The translations under genes and the position numbers were made by a program. The notes beneath the pieces were generated by a model. That model saw only the letters and a program-made list of their open reading frames with translations. It was not told the DNA's origin and searched no databases. Positions 32,050-39,623 of a stretch of DNA of 39,623 nt are shown here, one piece after another. The first letter of the stretch is position 1. Each line of letters starts with the position of its first letter. Origin of the DNA: Octopus bimaculoides (taxonomy: Eukaryota); contig NC_068986.1 of assembly GCF_001194135.2 (NCBI RefSeq), forward strand, positions 96,397,585 to 96,437,207, given 5' to 3'.

Positions 32050-34330
32050 TGTTGATATAATTTTTTTGTAAAACAATTTAAGAGCAATCGATGTTTTTGT
32101 TTTGAAGTCTAGCAGTAACTTCATTCTAGTTGAAGAGATTTTTAGGTAATACCTAAAAATAACTCTGCCTCTTGTTCTAAATAATTGCTCAACCACTATT
32201 TGGTGTTGTCAGTAAGTAGAAAGACAGTGGATTTTGTAAATGCTATTTTATTGCTGTGCAGCCAGGTGTTGAAAGCTTTGCTGATGTCAAAAGTAGTTAG
32301 AATGGTGGATATGGGAAGTTCTTAGTATTGAAATGATCAAGAATTTTTTGTTAGATTTCTATGAGTAGCATGGTGGTTCTGTGTAGTAGCCTGAATTTGT
32401 GTTGTAACTCAGAAAGGTGAGCATATGAGTTAATGATACCAAGAATTAGCTATTCTGAAGGCATATACATCAAAGTAATGGGTCCATACAATGTTACTTC
32501 TCATGGATTTTTGTTAGGCTTTAAAATAATTGTTATAATTTTTTGTTTTGCTTCTAGATCTAGGGATTTGGTGCAAGTAGTTGTAGATGTTGATTGCCAT
32601 GCATCCCTTCAGCCTTAGAGGCTTCAGGTGTATGTTTGTGATTTTAAGCCTTTAGATTCTTTCTTTCATTTTGGATGTCTGATGGAAGCTTGTGATCTAG
32701 ATGGAAAGTGAAGATTTTCCTTTTGCATTTTAGTTTCCTTCATATGTATTTTTTCGGCAGCAAATTTTCAAGAAGTATGATAACAGCATTTGCTTCGTGT
32801 TGCAGTGTGAGTAAATGGTATATTATTTGAGAGTGCTATGGAGACATGGGGTGTGGTGTAACCATTTTGTTGTTGTAGATGATACTAATTACTCTACAGG
32901 GTGTTTTATAGTTAGTTTTGTGATTTATGTTGGATGTGAATGAATGCCAGTTTTCTATTTTCCTATGGTTTATTTATGTTGCTTTTGTTTAATTGTTTGA
33001 TAGTGAATTATATTTCAGTTGTTTATGGTTTTGGTGTGCTGCATTTGAGAGTATCTCTGGTTTTAGGTTTTATGAGGTTACTATTCTTGGTTGGTAACTG
33101 GGATTGGAATTTTTATGTTACCATATGGGATGTGTTTTTTTCCTTTCTTTGTGTATTTATAATCGTTTGCAGAGTCTATGTTGGAAATTGTGGTGTTGTT
33201 GAATTTTGAAAACCTTGTTTCTGTTTGTTGTGCTTTAGTTAAGTTTGTAAAAGTATTTATGGTTTATCATTGGTTTGTGAGGTGTTGTGATGATAACTTG
33301 GCTTGGTGAGGTATGTGAGATGGGAGCATGTGCACGTGCACATGTGCATGTGTGTGTACATGTTGGTTTTGATTGTTTAAGATATAAAGGGAATTAAGTT
33401 GTCATATGTTATCCCTCTTGTTGTCTAAAGTATTTGAATGTCAGGAAGAGTTGTGAGAATCAAAGTCTCTTTGATGATAATGTTCGTTAGAATGTTAAGA
33501 TGCTGTAGTTGCTGTGTGTGTAGACTTGTAGGCCAGTTGACGAGGATGGTGGTGGTATTTATATATTTATCATGTGTGTGTTGCCAGTTTTTATTTTAAA
33601 CATTGTATTGTAGTATTGTTCCTGATCAGTTTATGAATGTCATTTGTGATATCTATATTCTGAATACAAGGTTTTATGAATATTATAAGACTGCCACCAT
33701 TGGGAAATTGCCTGTCAAGTCAAATTTCAGCATAATTTGGAATGGTGATTGTTTTGTCTTTCACTAGTAAAATATTTCCTGAATTCACGTTCATAAATAT
33801 CAAGGATAATGATAAATGTTTAGTTCCATAAAAGTGATTTTAATACCACTCTCTGAGTGGTTGGCGTTAGGAAGGGCATCCAGCTGTAGAAACTCTGCCA
33901 AATCAGACTGGAGCCTGGTGTTGCCATCCGGTTTCACCAGTCCTCAGTCAAATCGTCCAACCCATGCTAGCATGGAAAGCGGACGTTAAACGATGATGAT
34001 GATGATGATGATAGTGTTTTATTGGACAAGTTTTAGATTTTTTTATGTCAGGTTTATGAAGTTTATTTTTGTTTTAAGTGTTTCCTATGCGGAATTTTGG
34101 CTTTATGAAGAGAGATAATTGCATATCTGATTTTAATGTGGTTTTTGTTAGTATTATTATTCTCGTATTTTTCTGAATTGTTTGTAAACGGTCATGTTTT
34201 TGTATGTTTTGCCCTGTGTAATTTAAAGACTTTGTAAAAACATACTTTTGTAGGAGTTTAGGGCTATTGTTGTCTGATTTTACATCTGTCATTTTCAGAT
34301 GGCAAACTCATGTATTGAGAGAAATGTTTC
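32050..34330 (-). mobile_element. Decayed I/Jockey-group LINE (APE endonuclease plus RT N-terminus), interrupted by a young family D insertion
   Basis: Minus strand: DRQFPNGGSLIIFIKP; NIII(KG)DFDSHNSS*HSNTLDNKRD at about 33430-33485 (GDFNAH..W APE motif); KKHIPYG; YGPITL; LSELQHKFR..RTT; TILTTFDISKAFNT at about 32265-32300; WLSNYL. Confidence 0.85.
33848..34012 (+). mobile_element. Young family D (RTE 3' UTR) short copy with (GAT)n tail
   Basis: About 150 bp differing at one visible position from the reverse complement of 25240-25390. Confidence 0.95.
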
Positions 34331-34981
34331 TGCATTTTGGGCATTTATCCTTTAACTACCATTCTACCAATAACCATCCTGTCTTCTTGTCAATCATATT
34401 ATATTCAGTATTATGTTTTCCTGTATATAAACTATTTTAAAGTTGGCAAGGTAGTCTTTGAGATTTAGCAGCTATTTCTTGCAGGTCAAGCAACTATATA
34501 AAAGCTTGGTTACATCTATTATACAGCGAAGTAGATTATAGTAAATAGAATGTCATGTTTAAGAGAACAGCATAATGGCTCTAGCAGGAAGTGGTGAAAC
34601 CTTTTATATAGCTTAGTAGACTGAGGTAAGTAGAGTGTCTTGTCTGAGGAAACACAACACAATGACTGTTATAGGATATGGTGGTTCTGATTATATAGCA
34701 ATATAATAAGGAGCTTCTTGTTTTGTATCTTTAAGTTGGGTATGATTTGAGGGTGCTTTGGATGCTATTTCTAGCAGAGGAGAGACAAAATGAATGCTTC
34801 ATATTTTGTGTCCCTGTATCTTGCTTTCTGTAGGTATCTTGTTTGCATCTGAGTACACTTCCTATCTTCTTAGCCATCACCATCACCATTTCTAACACAG
34901 GTACATCAACCATCTCTACTACAATGTTGATTTTACAGTTATGACATCAATTTCACCTCCAACCCCCACCTCAGTAATATT

Positions 34982-35186
34982 GGTTTCAGCTTTTGGTACA
35001 AGGCCAGCAAGTTTGTTGGAGAAGGGTAAGTCAATTACATCGACCCTGGTGTTTAACTGGTACTTATTTCACTAACCCTGAAAGGATCAAAGGTAAAGTC
35101 AATTTGAACTCAGAACGTTAACTGACGAGATGCCGCTAAGCATCTTGCCTAGCATGCTAACACTTCTGCCAACCTCACCACCCTCT
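34982..35186 (-). mobile_element. Near-full-length family A1 SINE with 16-bp TSD
   Basis: Perfect direct repeat CCACCTCAGTAATATT at 34966-34981 and 35187-35202; head GGTGGTGAGGTTGGCAGAAG, B-box CTGAGTTCAAATT. Confidence 0.92.
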
Positions 35187-35249
35187 CCACCTCAGTAATA
35201 TTACCACCACTTGAACCCTCCTCTCCCATAAGTGTGTTCCAGTAACAAA

Positions 35250-35280
35250 CATGCATGCATACATACATACATACATACAT

Positions 35281-35311
<31 letters not shown>

Positions 35312-35392
35312 TACATACATACAGACAGACAGACAAACAGACATACATACGTATGTACATCAATACAGACATACATACAGACAGACAGACAG
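35250..35392. repeat. (TACA)n/(CAGA)n compound microsatellite
   Basis: Directly visible. Confidence 0.95.
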
Positions 35393-35499
35393 GCAAGGAG
35401 ACATAATTTGTTAGAAAAACAAAATGCCAGGATGTAACTCACACTTTTGTGGAGTGACTGTCAGAAATTCCACTCTTATCACATATTTACCGACATATG

Positions 35500-35640
35500 A
35501 TGGTAGTGGTGGGAAATGGTAATAGGGTGTGGTGTTGGTGTTGGTGTTGGTGGTAACGGTGGTATGGTAGTGGTTTTGATGGTGTTGACAGTAGTGGTGT
35601 TAATAGTAGCTGCGATTGAGGTGGTTAATATAGTTCTGTG
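35500..35640. repeat. GGT/TGT low-complexity tract
   Basis: Directly visible. Confidence 0.85.
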
Positions 35641-36359
35641 AGGGTGTTGAAGATGATGTCAGTGTTGGATCTAATGAAGCAGCATTTTTGACATGGAACC
35701 ATACACTGGATAGAATACAAATTACTTCACTACCAAATTAGCCCAAGACACAGTTCTCATAGCTAAGTCCAACTCAGAAATTTCACATCTCTGGTTAGTA
35801 CCAGTTGCAGCCATTCTACTATTTCAACTGAAATTGCTGCGTCGAACTTCTATTAAGGCAACTACAATAACATCAGGATGATGTTGATGTTAACTACAGT
35901 GGTTTAGTTGTGTTGGTGGCAGTGTGATGGTGTTTACAGAGTTGACGATAGTGACAATGGTGGTAGTGGTGGTGGTGGAAGAGGAAACAGGAGTGCTAAT
36001 CCATGTGATGATGAGAGGAATAGGGAGTATTTCACACATGTGTTCTTCATTGAGAACAGTGTCTCTTGAAGTACAGTCCCCAAGGGAAAGAAAGAGAGAG
36101 AGAGCGAGAGAGAGAGAGAGAGGCAAAGAAACAGTGAGAAAGTTTGTGAATGTGAGTGAGAGAAAAGGAGAGTGTACATGTGAGGATGTAAAAGAGCTTA
36201 CTCACAAATGATGTAAGGGGAGGAAGGGCTCTGAGAAGTGTGGGTGGTGGTGAGTGTGTGGTATGTATGACAGCTCTGTTTCTATTTCTATTTATAAACA
36301 GAAACCACCGTGACCACCATCTCCATCATCAACACCGTCGGCATCTATTAACTGTATAT

Positions 36360-36706
<347 letters not shown>

Positions 36707-36824
36707 GCGAATTACTTCAGTATGAAAACTTTTTCCAAAAATTTCAAATGGCTGATTTTACAGATATCTTCCTTCACTAAACACTCCGAGAGGGTGTTTT
36801 TTGTTCGCTTATTGTTGAGCTTGA

Positions 36825-36912
36825 TACAGTCCTCCAGTTTGCCAGATCCTGTTATACTGTCCAACTCATGCTGGCATGGAAGGCAGACATTAAATGGTGA
36901 CGATAAATAATG
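36825..36912 (+). mobile_element. Short diverged family D terminus
   Basis: CAGTCCTCCAG..GTCCAACTCATGCTGGCATGGAAGGCAGACATTAAATGGTGACGAT. Confidence 0.75.
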
Positions 36913-37148
36913 ATCATTAGCTGAAGTTTTTCATCTCATTTTACTAGATATGCAAGACCCTTAGTATGAAGAATGCTCCCTGAGGTATTCTAAAATAATG
37001 ATAATGAGCTTATTCTATACAGGGATCAAGTGCACAACTGCTCATTGGAAAAGAGTAAAAGAGAGGACAGAAGGCTAAAATAAGTAAAGAAAGAGAACAA
37101 TGAAAGCCAAAAGTATTGGTGACATAAATGTTTAGTGTCACTGCATTC

Positions 37149-37184
<36 letters not shown>

Positions 37185-37191
37185 TCTGTTT

Positions 37192-37222
<31 letters not shown>

Positions 37223-37474
37223 ACAAAAGCATAAACAGGTAATAATCAGATATCAAATCAATTATTTGTCCAAAAATTTCAGTCAAATCATCTTATTGGA
37301 GTTAACAGTCTTGCTTGCTGTTCTTAGAATTTAAGCACCTCTCAAGGGAGTTTTAGCTTAATAACTGCTTGGATAATCACGGTTTGATCAAAATCTTTTA
37401 ATTCACTATTCCATATATCAGAGATCTTGCTGTAGTTGTCAGTATGTGTGTTGTATGTTGTGTGTGTAATACAA

Positions 37475-37735
37475 GTTGCATACCTTAGTGGTTAAAAATT
37501 TTCCAGTGCAATCGTGAAGTACTGGGTTCAATCCTAATGCATGACAGTCTCAGATTGACCCAAGCCTTGTGAGTGAAATTAGGTCGATGGAAACAATATG
37601 AAAGTCAGTCAAATAAACTGTACCTATAATGCAAAGGGCTAGCCAAGTCACATGCACAATCATGCTAATTCTGATTCACAGAGGATTATATTAAGAGTAC
37701 AAGTGTCCATGGAGTACTCAGCCACTTATTTGCTA
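37475..37735 (+). mobile_element. Old chimeric SINE: tRNA head, family-C core, family-B 3' module
   Basis: CCTTAGTGGTTAA A-box, GGGTTCAATCC B-box, CCAAGCCTTGTGAGTG..GATGGAAAC (C), TGTACCTATAATGCAAAGGGCTAGCC..GTGTCCATGGAGTACTCAGCCACTT (B). Confidence 0.7.
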
Positions 37736-37821
37736 AGGCAATGAATAGGTAGTCCGTTTGATAAAACAATGGGAATAATCATTGTCAAACCTGACAGAGG
37801 ATCTATTTAATTGATGGAGGG

Positions 37822-38155
37822 TTATGTATGTATGTATGTATGTATGTATGTTTGTATGTATGTTTACATGCATGTATGTATGTATGTTTGATTGTATGTA
37901 TGAATGTATGTACATCTGTGTGTATGTATGTTCAAATATATCTATGTATCAATGTAAGTATGCATTTATGTATGTGTAAATATGTGTGTATGTGTGCATG
38001 AATGTATGCATGTAATTATGTATGTATGAATGTATGTATTTATCAGTGTGTGTATGTATGAGTGTGTATATGTATACGTGTATTTATGTATGTATGCATG
38101 TATGTATGTATGTATATATGCGTATATTGATGTATCTATGTATCTAAGTGTGTAT
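37822..38155. repeat. Degenerate (TATG)n tract
   Basis: Directly visible. Confidence 0.95.
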
Positions 38156-38239
38156 TTCTTTCTAATTTGAATTTTTCCTATAAAGAAGGGAATGATTTCT
38201 AACTCAGATACAAAGTTCCATCACTGAATATAGATAACA

Positions 38240-38930
38240 ATAAGGAAAATGGTATGGTCATGTGTTGCATATGGATGAGGACAGTTGTGTGAAAAAGTGT
38301 CACATCCCAGCAGTTGAGGGAACCTGTGGAAGAGGTAGGCCCAGGAAGACCTGGGATGAGGTGGTGAAGCACGACCTTCAAACGCTGGGCCTCATGGAGG
38401 CAATGATGAACGACTGAGACCTTTGGAGATATGCTGCACTTGAGAAGACCTGGCAAGCCAAGTGAGATCATAACCATGACTTGTGTCAGTGTCAAATAAC
38501 TGGCCCATTTAAGAGTAACCTTCACTCATTGGCCAATAAACTGTGCTTGAGAAAACCTGTTGAGTCAAGTGATATCATTGTCATGGTTGATGCCAGTGGT
38601 GCCCAACTGGCTCCCATGCTGGTGGCATGTAAAAAGTACCATTCGAGTGTTGTTGTTGCCAGTGCTGCCTGACTGGCTCCTGTGGTAAAAGGTACCATTC
38701 GAGTGTGGTGGATGCCAGTACCGCCTGACTGGCCCCCGTGCTGGCAGCATGTAAATAGTACCTACTCCACCCTTGGAGTGGTTGGTGTTAGGAAGGACAT
38801 CCAGCTGTAGAAACCTTGCCAGATCAGATTGGAGTCTGGTACAGCCTCTGGCTTGCCAGTCCTCAGTCAAACCATCCAACCCATGCCAGCATGGAAAGCG
38901 GACGTTAAACTATGTTGATGACGATGATGA
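38240..38930 (+). mobile_element. RTE-clade LINE 3' end: ORF C-terminus plus complete 3' UTR with (GAT)n tail (source type of family D)
   Basis: WYGHVLHMDEDSCVKKCHIPAVEGTCGRGRPRKTWDEVVKHDLQTLGLMEAMMND*DLWRYAALEKTWQAK* (stop at about 38464), then a UTR ending CCATGCCAGCATGGAAAGCGGACGTTAAAC..GATGA. Confidence 0.92.
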
Positions 38931-39346
38931 TGTATATATATATATATCACCATCATTGTCATCATCATTGTTGTCATTGTCATCATCAATCACCATCATC
39001 ATCATCAATCACCATCATCATCATCATCAATTGGACATACCAGCAGATGGTTCTTACACCATTTTGTATATAGTCATAGAAAGTGATTTAGCTTGCATCT
39101 GACCTTGTTTCAGGTACATGGTATTGACAAGTCAAAAAGCTGATGAAACACTAATGTCTATCACTCCCGTAATGAGACCTGATGAGAGTTATCCTGCTTG
39201 TCTATGACTTCTAGGTGTTTTAACACCAGGCGAATTTCTTAGAATATATTCCCTTATGCCTACAATTGCAGCCTGCCCACAAACTGACAAAGCACATACC
39301 TTGTGTACGTGTGTTCAATATTGTTTGTGTATATATATATATATAA

Positions 39347-39488
39347 AAATCGACCCCAGGACTTATTCTTTATAGGCTTAGTACTTATTCTGTTGGTCTC
39401 TTTTACCGAACCACTAAGTTACGGGGACATAAACACACCAACATCGGTTGTCAAGCGATGGTGGTGGGGACAAACACAGACACACACA

Positions 39489-39529
<41 letters not shown>

Positions 39530-39623
39530 GATAGGCTTCTTTCAGTAGTTTCCATCAGCCAAATCCACTCACAAGGCTTTGGTTGGCCTGAAGCTATAGT
39601 AGAAGACACTTGCCGAAGGTGCC
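39347..39623 (-). mobile_element. SINE family C with internal (CA)/(TA)n tract; runs off the window edge
   Basis: Reverse complement is collinear with 11950-12190. Confidence 0.92.

Noticed and set aside
34485-34625. Plus-strand acceptor/donor pair (TTCTTGCAG| ... GAG|GTAAGT)
   Set aside because: Stops in all three frames; overlaps decayed repeat sequence.

Overview
AT-rich, microsatellite-dense animal genomic DNA from a scaffolded assembly, with six N-gaps that mostly sit in or beside simple repeats. The retroposon families present suggest an Octopus (coleoid cephalopod) genome; this rests on my recollection of these repeats, not a database search. I can support no intact protein-coding gene, RNA gene or CRISPR array. 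Nearly all ORFs in the track are translations of microsatellites, run through gaps, or are pieces of decayed transposons. The window looks like intronic or intergenic DNA containing: (i) several tRNA-headed SINE families, given my working labels A, B and C; (ii) a (CAA)n-tailed retroposon family, E; (iii) young and old RTE-clade LINE 3' ends with (GAT)n tails, labelled D; (iv) decayed CR1-like, I/Jockey-like and HERO/R2-like non-LTR elements; (v) a probable Gypsy gag remnant; (vi) a hAT MITE with TIRs and an 8-bp TSD, plus a decayed hAT transposase. The most interesting signals concern retroposon behaviour: SINE-into-SINE insertions with TSDs, modular head/core/tail swapping, tandem stacking of family E, interchangeable microsatellite tails, and a tail-to-tail inverted RTE pair. 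A few minus-strand candidate exons are flagged at low confidence. I found no convincing evidence of a new biological system. Boundaries of old repeats are approximate (about 10-50 bp) and all translations were done by eye.
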